DNA from: an uncultured Candidatus Saccharibacteria bacterium
GTDB taxonomy: Bacteria; Patescibacteriota; Minisyncoccia; Sungbacterales; HO2-52-23
Assembly (NCBI GenBank): GCA_964412615.1
Contig: CAYPPK010000005.1
Location: 1-55,703 of the forward strand
Direction of reading: 5' to 3'
Length of the DNA: 55,703 nt
Shown: positions 48,618-55,703 of the stretch, piece after piece
Position numbering within the stretch: position 1 is the first letter of the stretch
How the letters are laid out: each line of letters begins with the position of its first letter
Translations under genes and position numbers: made by a program
Notes under the pieces: model-generated
What the model was told of the DNA's origin: nothing
The model's input: the letters and a program-made list of their open reading frames with translations, nothing else
Databases searched by the model: none

Positions 48618-49916
48618 TTACAATGAAGAGATATGCACAGATTTTTCTTGCCTAACTAAAAATTTTTCAGCTTTTTGAGGATCTTTCATGATTTCTTCCA
48701 CTGTTTTTTCCAGGCGCATGGATTGGCTGCCCTTTACTAAGATTAAATCCCCTGGCTGAATAATCGGATCAAGGGCTTTGCCGGCTGAAATTGGATCATT
48801 AAATTTGAGTATTTGGCCGGCTGTTAATTTCCGGGCAGCTTGATCGGCTATAAATTTTGCCCGAGGCCCGACGGTTATCAAGATATCGGCAAATTCCGCT
48901 ATTTGATCTCCGATCGCGCGATGCACTTGTTCCGAAAATTTGCCGATTTCCAGCATATCGCCGAGCACGGCAATTTTTCTTTTGCCGGGAAGAGTTTTTA
49001 AAGTGTCAATGGCCGCTCGCATTGCCTCCGGCGCGGCATTATAGGTATCATCCAGGATAAAAGACCTTTTGATTCCGGGGATCAGCCGCATCCGGCCCGC
49101 GGGAGGAATATATGCTCTCAGCGCTTCTGAAATTTCAACCAAATTAATGCCTAAAGCAATCCCCACTCCGGCCGCCGCCGCTGCCGCGTACGCCTGCGGC
49201 TTGCCAAAAGCGCCTTTTATCCAGAAGGGCACCACATGTCCCTGGTGTTCTATTTTCAAAGTTATGCCCTCCGGAACGTCTCCCAAGTCCGCGTCTTTTC
49301 TAATTCCCAATTCATAATTCCTGATCCCTATTTCTGCGTGTTCTTCAAAACCAAAGGTAAGAACTTTCGCCTTTGTCTTTTCCTTCATATCAAAGACGGC
49401 ATAATCATCGTGATTTAAAATTGCCCATCCATCTACGGGCAAGGCTTGCACCAGCTTGGATTTTTCATTTATTAATTCTTCCGGATCTTTAAAAAATTCC
49501 ACATGCACCGGAATCTCGCCTATCGCCGTGACCACGCCTATATTAGGCTTAACAATAGCAAGCAGGTGATCCATATCACCGAGGCGATCAACACCGTATT
49601 CCAGCACCAGGACTTCGGGATACTTACTTTTCTTAAAAAGAAAACTGAAAAATATGCGGATAAAAGCCAGTTTCCAAGCAAAGATATTTTTGCCGTAATG
49701 AGGAATGCCGAGAATTGTCAGGGGCAGGCCGATTTCGTTATTATAATTTTTCTCCGCGGTCCTTACCCTATACTTCTTCTTTAGCACCGCAAAAATCGCC
49801 TCCCGTGTGGAGGTCTTGCCCACCGAACCGGTAATGCCGATAATTATCGGGTCATATTTCCGTACGGTAGCTCTTGCCAATACCGCTAAAATTTTCTCCA
49901 ATATTGTCTTTTTCAT
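48618..49916 (-). CDS. murF: UDP-N-acetylmuramoyl-tripeptide--D-alanyl-D-alanine ligase
   Basis: It has the Mur ligase P-loop GITGSVGKTSTRE, is 432 aa, and has a MurF-like C-terminal domain. It sits after ftsI. Confidence 0.8.
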   Translation of the reverse strand: MKKTILEKILAVLARATVRKYDPIIIGITGSVGKTSTREAIFAVLKKKYRVRTAEKNYNNEIGLPLTILGIPHYGKNIFAWKLAFIRIFFSFLFKKSKYPEVLVLEYGVDRLGDMDHLLAIVKPNIGVVTAIGEIPVHVEFFKDPEELINEKSKLVQALPVDGWAILNHDDYAVFDMKEKTKAKVLTFGFEEHAEIGIRNYELGIRKDADLGDVPEGITLKIEHQGHVVPFWIKGAFGKPQAYAAAAAAGVGIALGINLVEISEALRAYIPPAGRMRLIPGIKRSFILDDTYNAAPEAMRAAIDTLKTLPGKRKIAVLGDMLEIGKFSEQVHRAIGDQIAEFADILITVGPRAKFIADQAARKLTAGQILKFNDPISAGKALDPIIQPGDLILVKGSQSMRLEKTVEEIMKDPQKAEKFLVRQEKSVHISSL

Positions 49917-49984
49917 ATTTTTTAAGTCATAGATGCTTAGGGTGTCACAAAAATAAGATACCCACCGAGCCAGACTGGCGGGTG

Positions 49985-51712
49985 CTATTTCTCATCGGGA
50001 GGAACTTCGTAATAATTCAAGATATATTCCGCCAGATCATGAAATGCAGGCGTCAGGGTGTTGGCGGCAAAGCGGTTGCCCTGCGGCTCATTCATTTGTA
50101 AATAAATCAAAAATCTGGGATCAAAGGCCGGGGCGTATCCGACAAAAGAATGAATCACCTGATCGGAATATCCCCTGCCATCTGTCTTGGGAATTTGAGC
50201 AGTTCCAGTTTTGCCTGCCACAAAATATCCTAGGACGCCAGCTCTGTTTTCAAACCCCTTACTTACGGCCGATACCAGCATTTTAGTCAGAGTTTCGGCG
50301 GTTTCGGACGATATCACTTCCCTTGTAATTTTCGGATTATTTTTATATTCATTGCCGGAATCATCCACAATTGTATCAACAATATAAGGCTCCATCAATT
50401 TGCCTCCGTTAGCCAGAACCGCTATGGCTGATGCCATTTGCAGGGGTGTAACTGCAATTCCCTGGCCAAAAGAAGCAGTAGCGTAATCAATATCCCTCCC
50501 CTCTTTTAGATTGGAAATGTTGCCCGGCACTTCGCCCGGCAGATCAATAGCCGTTTTTTCTCCAAAACCGAATTTCTGCAAATAAGCATATTGTTTTCCC
50601 TTGCCCAAAAGCTTGGAAACAAATACCAGACCGGTATTTAAAGATTTTTCCAGAACTTGAGTCATAGTTTGCACGTCATGAGCTTTTAGGTCAAAGTTTC
50701 TAATGGTGTAGCCCCCGATTTTAACCTCTCCGGAATCAACATAGGTCGTTTCAGGTTTAACTGCTTTTTCCTCAATGGCCGCAGCCATAGTTATCGGCTT
50801 AACCACTGATCCCAATTCGTAGACAGACTCCACGGCTGGATTTAAAAACACGCTATAATTTTTTTCTTTAGAAAATTCATTCGGGTTAAAAGTTGGTTGG
50901 GCAGCTTGGGCTAAAATTTTCCCGGTTTTTGGTTCCAGAATCAAGACCAGGCCGGAATTTGCTCCCCATTTATGCAAAGTGTTGGTTAGCACCTCCTCGG
51001 CTTTGGTCTGAATATAATAATCAATAGTAAGAGTAAGATTGTCGCCATTAGCAGAAGGTCGGAGAATTTTTCTGCCTAGCGTAACCCAAAAACCGGCCGC
51101 GCCCTTGGCTCCTTGCAAAAACCCGCGCTCGCCGGATAAATTTTCTTGGTAATACCGCTCCAAGCCGTATCTTCCGGCTTCTTCCGTTTCTTCTATGCTG
51201 ACAAAACCCAGGAGGTGAGCCGCCAAAGAATCATGCGGGTAAATCCTGCGCCGATTTTCTTCAAAAAAAAGACCCGGCAGAAGTTTTTCCGCTAAATTTT
51301 CAGCGAGTTTGACGTCTACATCTTTAGCTATGACCTCATAAGCATCATTTGGCTTTGCTAGTTTTCCCGAGACCTCGTCTTTATCCAAATTAAATTCTTG
51401 CGAAATAAATTCCGCGGCCATGGCGACGTCTTCAATATCTCTGGGAGAAGCGACTAAAGTTTTCTGAACTTTATTTGATGCCAGGGGAATATGATTGCCG
51501 TTTTTATCTTGGGCGAAAATAAAGCCCCTTTCGGGAAAAAGCCCCTGGCTAAGATTATGCTGTCTGGCTGCCAATTTTTGATACTCTCGGTGGTTTACAA
51601 TTTGCAGCAAAAAAAGCCGACCGATTAAGACTAAAATCGCCACTAAAAAAAAGAGGAGGACAAACGTTATCCGCCTCTGAATATTTTTTTCCAAAGATTT
51701 TTTTACCGGCAA
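49985..51712 (-). CDS. ftsI: penicillin-binding protein 2/3 family transpeptidase
   Basis: It has an N-terminal TM segment, a dimerisation domain, and a transpeptidase domain with SVVKP (SxxK) and KTGTA. It lies in the dcw context. Confidence 0.88.
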   Translation of the reverse strand: MPVKKSLEKNIQRRITFVLLFFLVAILVLIGRLFLLQIVNHREYQKLAARQHNLSQGLFPERGFIFAQDKNGNHIPLASNKVQKTLVASPRDIEDVAMAAEFISQEFNLDKDEVSGKLAKPNDAYEVIAKDVDVKLAENLAEKLLPGLFFEENRRRIYPHDSLAAHLLGFVSIEETEEAGRYGLERYYQENLSGERGFLQGAKGAAGFWVTLGRKILRPSANGDNLTLTIDYYIQTKAEEVLTNTLHKWGANSGLVLILEPKTGKILAQAAQPTFNPNEFSKEKNYSVFLNPAVESVYELGSVVKPITMAAAIEEKAVKPETTYVDSGEVKIGGYTIRNFDLKAHDVQTMTQVLEKSLNTGLVFVSKLLGKGKQYAYLQKFGFGEKTAIDLPGEVPGNISNLKEGRDIDYATASFGQGIAVTPLQMASAIAVLANGGKLMEPYIVDTIVDDSGNEYKNNPKITREVISSETAETLTKMLVSAVSKGFENRAGVLGYFVAGKTGTAQIPKTDGRGYSDQVIHSFVGYAPAFDPRFLIYLQMNEPQGNRFAANTLTPAFHDLAEYILNYYEVPPDEK

Positions 51713-51731
51713 AGTAATGAATTAATAAGAG

Positions 51732-52103
51732 TTACGGCCGTAAAAAGGTATGCGAAACGGCCACGTTTTCCGGCCTGATATAACGAATGGAAGAAACCCG
51801 CTCCATTGATTCTAACTGGGATGCCTTGCCCTCGGCAAGCAGATCCAGCTTTCTTTGCCAAGCAAGCTCGGCTTGCCGCAGATTCTTAACGTATCCTTTT
51901 TGCTTAATTGCTTGCTGCTGAATATTAAAACCAAAGGAAAAAGAAATAAATAGCGCCACTAAATAAATAGCTATAAAGAAAGCTATTATGGCAAATAAAA
52001 CAGCTGTGCCGTTGGCAAAATTAAAATTCAGCTTTTCCGACAAGGTACTGCTAATCAGCCGGGGCAGAGAAAATCTCTTATAAGCTAAAACTAAAGTAGT
52101 CAT
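51732..52103 (-). CDS. FtsL-like cell-division membrane protein
   Basis: It has a single TM segment followed by a coiled-coil region, lies between rsmH and ftsI, and overlaps rsmH by 4 nt. Confidence 0.5.
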   Translation of the reverse strand: MTTLVLAYKRFSLPRLISSTLSEKLNFNFANGTAVLFAIIAFFIAIYLVALFISFSFGFNIQQQAIKQKGYVKNLRQAELAWQRKLDLLAEGKASQLESMERVSSIRYIRPENVAVSHTFLRP

Positions 52104-52987
52104 GATATCTTTTGCGCGACCCGCAATTTAGCCGAGCGGGCTCGGGGGTTGTTTCTTTTCTCTTCTTCCCCGGCGCTAAGCGGTTTTTTGGTTATAATTT
52201 TTATTACCTCTTTTTTTTGCATATTCCGAAAAAAATTCTTTACTATCCGATCCTCCAAAGAATGGAAAGATATTACTGCCAACTTTCCTTTTCTGCTTAA
52301 AACTCCAATTGCCGCAGGAAGAAATTCTTCTAAATTATCCAATTCGCGATTAACTGCTATTCTTAAGGCTTGAAAAGTGCGGGTAGCGGGATGGATTTTT
52401 GCTTTTAGATATGACGGCGGGACGCTTCGGATAATAATCTCCACAAGCTTCCTTGTCGTACTAAAGGGACGGCTTTGGCAGATTCCTGCGGCAATTCTCC
52501 TGGCAAAGCGTTCTTCCCCAAAACGGAAAAGGATATCCGCGATTGTTTTTTCTTCCCAAGTATTGATAATGATCGCTGCGGTAAGTTCATTGGTTTTAGG
52601 GTTATAGCGCATATCCAACGGTTCATCCTTAGTGAAAGAAAATCCTCTGCCCGCCTCCAATTGCCATGAACTAAAACCCAGATCAGCAACAATTCCGGAA
52701 ATATTTTTAAAATTATTTCGGGCAACAACCTCTTTTATATTTGCATAGTTGTCGCATTCCAGAATTAAATTTCTTATTTTTTTATTTTCATCTTCTAACT
52801 TCGCGATAAGCGCGCAGTCCCAGTCAATGCCAAGTAGTTTTCCGGCGGACCCAATTTTATTTAATATCTCCTTGGCATGTCCTCCCCCATTTATGGTTGC
52901 GTCTACGAAATTATCTCCTGGTTGGGGGTCTAAAATTTTAAGGACTTCTTGCCGTAATACCGGTTGATGCATTTTCTTGCCAGCCAC
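52100..52987 (-). CDS. rsmH: 16S rRNA (cytosine1402-N4)-methyltransferase
   Basis: HQPVLRQEVL...DATINGGGHA...DLGFSSWQL...SFHSLEDRIVK is typical RsmH/MraW. The likely ATG is at 52972. Confidence 0.93.
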   Translation of the reverse strand: MAGKKMHQPVLRQEVLKILDPQPGDNFVDATINGGGHAKEILNKIGSAGKLLGIDWDCALIAKLEDENKKIRNLILECDNYANIKEVVARNNFKNISGIVADLGFSSWQLEAGRGFSFTKDEPLDMRYNPKTNELTAAIIINTWEEKTIADILFRFGEERFARRIAAGICQSRPFSTTRKLVEIIIRSVPPSYLKAKIHPATRTFQALRIAVNRELDNLEEFLPAAIGVLSRKGKLAVISFHSLEDRIVKNFFRNMQKKEVIKIITKKPLSAGEEEKRNNPRARSAKLRVAQKIS

Positions 52988-53012
52988 TAGTTTCTAGTCG
53001 CCAGTCGCTTCG

Positions 53013-53462
53013 TTAATAAAGTCCAAGTTCTCCTAATTTTTCCGCTATCATATCGGTGTTTTTTTCCACTTCTGTTTTGTAGTTAGTCCAGCGCTCGTCA
53101 TCCCATATTTCCAAACGGTCGTATACTCCCACGATTGTTATTTTTTGTTTAAATCCGGCGTAGGTTTTTAAAAAATCCGGAATTAATACTCTTCCCAATT
53201 GATCCATTTCCACTTCCACTGCTCCGGAAAACATCAGCCGCAAAAAACTTCTGGTATCTCCCTGTCCTACTGGGAGCTGGCTTAATTTTTCAGTAAGTTT
53301 CTGCCACTGTTCCATCGGGTAGAGCACCAGACAGTTATTCAATCCCCGAGTAAGAATGGCGCGCTCCCCTATTAGCTTTCGCAATTTGGACGGAATAGAA
53401 AGCCGCTTTTTTGTGTCCAGAGTATGTTGATATTCGCCAATTAGCATAAGGGGGTTATACAC
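53013..53462 (-). CDS. mraZ: transcriptional regulator MraZ
   Basis: It has two SpoVT/AbrB-like repeats (LDTKKRLSIPSKLR and MDQLGRVLIPDFL). The likely start is MLIGEY at 53447. Confidence 0.9.
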   Translation of the reverse strand: MYNPLMLIGEYQHTLDTKKRLSIPSKLRKLIGERAILTRGLNNCLVLYPMEQWQKLTEKLSQLPVGQGDTRSFLRLMFSGAVEVEMDQLGRVLIPDFLKTYAGFKQKITIVGVYDRLEIWDDERWTNYKTEVEKNTDMIAEKLGELGLY

Positions 53463-53474
53463 TTTTAAGTGGAC

Positions 53475-53505
53475 TTATCCACAGTTCTATCCACATTTTT
53501 CCACT
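53475..53505 (-). promoter_or_regulatory. direct-repeat array upstream of mraZ (candidate MraZ operator; also matches DnaA-box consensus)
   Basis: The plus strand reads TTATCCACA (53475-53483), cTATCCACA (53487-53495) and TTtTCCACt (53497-53505). On the gene strand these are GTGGA(A/T)A repeats spaced 10-12 nt apart. Confidence 0.6.
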
Positions 53506-53564
53506 TCTATTCAATTTTATACCACTCTTATACATAACACAAGAAATATGAACCACTTATGAAA

Positions 53565-53590
53565 ATAAAAAAGTGGCTTATTTAAGCCAC
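53565..53590 (-). terminator. intrinsic terminator after the PRTase-like gene
   Basis: gtggctt-(loop)-aagccac is followed on the minus strand by TTTTTTATTTT. Confidence 0.7.
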
Positions 53591-53621
53591 CCATCTTAAT
53601 TAAATCCACAAGTTATTCACT

Positions 53622-54299
53622 TTATTCTATCGGCGCAGGAACTAACTTTGATTTTGGCCTATTAACCACCGGAATACCCTCTCTACACCAAAGGCAGAGA
53701 TTCCCGGGTTCATACACTTGTCCTGGATCACGTGCTATTGCTACCTTAGGTATGGCGACAAGCTCTTCCTGGGACCGATCTATTCCCACCGCTGCAGCAA
53801 TTACTAACCCTTGAAATGCTTTCATGACAGCTTTTAAGGTCCCACCGGTAGCAAACAAGTCATCAACAAATATGCCAACCATGCCTGGTTTATATTCAAA
53901 CCAGGACGGAATCTCTAAAGGACTCAAAAGATCATCCGTATTTTTTTTCAAAGTGAGAACACGGATGTCATTCACCGGCAGAATAAATGCTAACGCGTAT
54001 TGCAAAGGTATTCCTCCAAACGCCGGCGCTAAAAGAAACAATGGTCCTTCACTGTCGAAAGTCGGTAAAGATCCCCGAAAAAGTTGCAATATACCGCTAT
54101 TACAAATACCTCTGGCTAAAAGGCGAGCAAGATACTCTGTGAAATTGCGAGACTGAAAAGCACGGGAAAGATCATAAAAATTACCAACATGCAGACCGGA
54201 ACGGCCCAGCCGGTAGTGCTCCCCAGTTTCTCCGACGTCAAAATATGCATTCAGCGGAGCAAGCATCTCTCGATATTCCTGAATATCAAGGATCACCAT
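53622..54299 (-). CDS. type I phosphoribosyltransferase, orotate-PRTase-like, divergent
   Basis: It has the PRPP loop VGIFVDDLFATGGTLKAV, a PyrE-like GEHYRLGRSGLHVGNFYD, and LLAPAFGGIPL. The C-terminal tail has CLWC. Confidence 0.65.
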   Translation of the reverse strand: MVILDIQEYREMLAPLNAYFDVGETGEHYRLGRSGLHVGNFYDLSRAFQSRNFTEYLARLLARGICNSGILQLFRGSLPTFDSEGPLFLLAPAFGGIPLQYALAFILPVNDIRVLTLKKNTDDLLSPLEIPSWFEYKPGMVGIFVDDLFATGGTLKAVMKAFQGLVIAAAVGIDRSQEELVAIPKVAIARDPGQVYEPGNLCLWCREGIPVVNRPKSKLVPAPIE

Positions 54300-54391
54300 T
54301 CTTTTTCTCCGTCAAAAATCTTTTTTAAAGATACATGATTTCCTTAGGTTTGCAAACTACAAGGGCCGCTGAATGGCTGAGCTGCAATCCT

Positions 54392-54430
54392 AAAAATCAA
54401 AAAGCCGAAGCCATGATAGCATGACTTCGG
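54392..54430 (-). terminator. intrinsic terminator of the small-ORF cassette
   Basis: The minus strand reads CCGAAGUCAUG-cuau-CAUGGCUUCGG (one G-U pair) followed by CUUUUUGAUUUUU. Confidence 0.75.
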
Positions 54431-54452
54431 ACACAGTTTAATGCTTTGTTCT

Positions 54453-54663
54453 TTATATAAAATATGAGCATCGTTCCTCTAATCCCCTTCTGATTTCTTC
54501 CAGAGCTTGTTCCAGCGCATCCAATCCCCCTTTGATCAGCTCCGTCCCCAAAACCGCCAAATCAGAACCTTCCCTGATCAATTATATCTCCATATGACAC
54601 ATCTTCATCAAATGCAAAGCATAATCGGCTAACTAAATCTATCTGGCTTGGTTTGGAAGGCAT
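54453..54663 (-). pseudogene. two overlapping short reading frames (33 codons, then up to 42 codons in another frame): a frameshifted ~70-aa gene or a pair of small ORFs
   Basis: The ATG at 54663 is preceded by GAGGAG (54669-54674). The first frame stops at 54562. The second frame is open from 54581 to 54453 and encodes ...DLAVLGTELIKGGLDALEQALEEIRRGLEERCSYFI. Confidence 0.4.
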
Positions 54664-54678
54664 ATTTTCTCCTCAAAG

Positions 54679-54718
54679 ATCTTGAAATCAAGATATCACA
54701 AGGAGTTGATCGGAGCAA
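54679..54718 (-). promoter_or_regulatory. promoter plus operator-like palindrome of the small-ORF cassette
   Basis: The minus strand reads TTGCTC (54713-54718), a 17-nt spacer, then TATCTT (54690-54695). The palindrome atcttga-aa-tcaagat (54679-54694) overlaps the -10 box. Confidence 0.45.
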
Positions 54719-54775
54719 TAATCTATCCCTCGAGCGAGCCAAGCAGTTTGCTTGCTCCTGCAGCGAAAACAATAT

Positions 54776-54800
54776 AAAAAGCGCCTTAAAGACGCTTTTT
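54776..54800 (-). terminator. weak A/T-rich hairpin downstream of the tRNA pair
   Basis: aaaaagcg-ccttaaaga-cgcttttt. Confidence 0.35.
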
Positions 54801-54808
54801 ATATATTT

Positions 54809-54892
54809 TGGGCAGGGTGAGAGTCGAACTCACTGGGCCACTTGGACAACAGATTTACAGTCTGCCCCCGCACCCTACGGGACTACCTGCCC
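54809..54892 (-). tRNA. tRNA-Tyr (anticodon GUA)
   Basis: The minus strand reads GGGCAGGTAGTCCCGTAGGG...GCAGACTGTAAATCTGT... with a long variable arm and T-loop GAGTTCGACTCTC. The acceptor stem is GGGCAGG/CCTGCCC. Confidence 0.88.
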
Positions 54893-54904
54893 ATTTATTC
54901 AATC

Positions 54905-54977
54905 AGCCGGTAGAGGGATTCGAACCCCCGACACCCTGTTTACAAAACAGGTGCTCTAACCCCTGAGCTATACCGGC
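54905..54977 (-). tRNA. tRNA-Thr (anticodon UGU)
   Basis: The minus strand reads GCCGGTATAGCTCAGGGGTTAGAGCACCTGTTTTGTAAACAGGGTGTCGGGGGTTCGAATCCCTCTACCGGCT. The anticodon loop is TTTGTAA. Confidence 0.9.
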
Positions 54978-54978
54978 C

Positions 54979-55425
54979 TTATTCTTTTTTCCTAACTTCT
55001 TCAATTATACGAGATTTAGACGGCGATGTTGTAGCAGTCGTTTCTTGTCTTCTCTTAAGCTTTTCCCAATAATCTTTATCGTTCATTTCGTAATTTCCAT
55101 TTCCATTGCCGTTTACCACACCTCCATAAGTTCGTATTTCTTTTAACCAGACCACTATGCCATTATCCAATCGCAGCAAAAATAAATGTATTCGGTAAAA
55201 TAACTTTGCCAAGAATGTCCAGAAAACTTGTTTATGCTTCCCCTCCCGATAATAAATCTTGATTTTCAGCAGAAAAAGACGCAGCCGGGCCGAATCTTCT
55301 TCCAGTCTTTCCGTGATTACCTGATCTGGAATTGCGACCAACTCCGGAATCTTTAAAGAAACTCGGTACCAGAAAATGGCAGCACTAGCTAGAAAAACAA
55401 CGGCAAGAATAACATCTACTAGCAT
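54979..55425 (-). CDS. hypothetical membrane-anchored protein (148 aa)
   Basis: It has an N-terminal TM segment (VILAVVFLASAAIFWY), an NGNGNGN stretch and a basic tail. It lies directly downstream of tsf. Confidence 0.5.
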   Translation of the reverse strand: MLVDVILAVVFLASAAIFWYRVSLKIPELVAIPDQVITERLEEDSARLRLFLLKIKIYYREGKHKQVFWTFLAKLFYRIHLFLLRLDNGIVVWLKEIRTYGGVVNGNGNGNYEMNDKDYWEKLKRRQETTATTSPSKSRIIEEVRKKE

Positions 55426-55429
55426 AGAA

Positions 55430-55703
55430 TTAAACTTCTAAACGAGTGAATTTACCCACTTTTATATTTTCCCCGAATTTGCCCACCGCTTCGTTTAGAA
55501 TATCGCGAATAGTTTTCCCCTGATCTTTTATAAATGATTGTTCCAAGAAAGCATTTTCATCGGTGGGACTCATGGCGGCAATTTGCATCGCTAAGTTGTG
55601 CGCCAACTCTTTAAATTCCGGATTGCGAGCCACAAAATCGGTTTCGCACAAAACTTCCACCAAAGCTCCTATTTTACCGTTCCCGTGAACGTAACTCTCT
55701 ACT
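55430..55703 (-). CDS. tsf: elongation factor Ts, C-terminal part (gene runs off the window end)
   Basis: Hand translation to the window edge gives ...VHGNGKIGALVEVLCETDFVARNPEFKELAHNLAMQIAA..., the conserved EF-Ts core. Confidence 0.88.
   Translation of the reverse strand, partial: VESYVHGNGKIGALVEVLCETDFVARNPEFKELAHNLAMQIAAMSPTDENAFLEQSFIKDQGKTIRDILNEAVGKFGENIKVGKFTRLEV

Noticed and set aside
39628-53505. DnaA boxes as evidence for a replication origin
   Set aside because: The boxes are dispersed singly, apart from the mraZ array. No dnaA or dnaN gene is present, and there is no AT-rich unwinding element with clustered boxes. The mraZ array is better explained as an MraZ operator.
53622-54800. 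The PRTase-like gene plus upstream non-coding region as a retron-type or other defence module
   Set aside because: No reverse transcriptase, nuclease or ATPase partner is present, and the sequence is most similar to orotate PRTase. The upstream cassette has its own terminator and looks independent.
54648-54959. 103-aa plus-strand ORF
   Set aside because: It overlaps both tRNA-Tyr and tRNA-Thr on the opposite strand and has no translation signals.

Overview
This is a 55.7-kb window from a compact, low-GC bacterial chromosome. The gene content, short intergenic spacers and several truncated domain architectures are what reduced-genome lineages such as Candidate Phyla Radiation/Patescibacteria look like. 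That placement is inference, not a search result. The window is almost entirely housekeeping: groES-groEL, uvrA, uvrC, an F1-only atpA-G-D-C operon, hrcA-grpE-dnaK-dnaJ, cysS, dnaB, recR, rplU, rmuC, a phosphohexomutase, ychF, rpsF-ssb-rpsR, recA, ftsK, rpoB-rpoC, secG, an orphan family-5 solute-binding protein, RNase J, trpS, a 3-methyladenine glycosylase, malic enzyme, a short dcw cluster (mraZ-rsmH-ftsL-ftsI-murF), the end of tsf, and four tRNAs (Leu-CAG, Glu-CUC, Tyr-GUA, Thr-UGU). I found no CRISPR array, transposase, integrase or recognisable defence gene. The places I think deserve a second look are listed below.

- **Beta-carbonic-anhydrase-like pair:** two diverged ~145-aa proteins carry the beta-carbonic-anhydrase Cys-x-Asp-x-Arg ... 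His-x-x-Cys signature. They are attached to the end of the F1 ATPase operon, directly after an epsilon subunit that lacks its C-terminal domain.
- **GC-rich islet:** a sharply bounded ~70% GC stretch lies next to tRNA-Glu. It encodes a lipoprotein-like ORF with a strong Shine-Dalgarno (SD) sequence and ends in a stack of GC hairpins.
- **Miniature expression cassette:** upstream of a PyrE-like phosphoribosyltransferase there is a promoter, an operator-like palindrome, an SD, two overlapping short reading frames and a terminator.
- **Palindrome pair around rplU:** a ~40-bp palindromic element is present in two copies, one on each side of rplU.
- **groES leader:** a long structured leader or candidate ncRNA sits between the CIRCE operator and groES.
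- **Antisense gene in the heat-shock operon:** a small membrane-protein gene with its own promoter and SD lies antisense inside the hrcA-grpE-dnaK operon.
- **Translation signals:** SD sequences are visible mainly in front of accessory or hypothetical genes and not in front of core genes.

All functional calls come from reading the translated ORFs and the DNA by eye. No database search was run.
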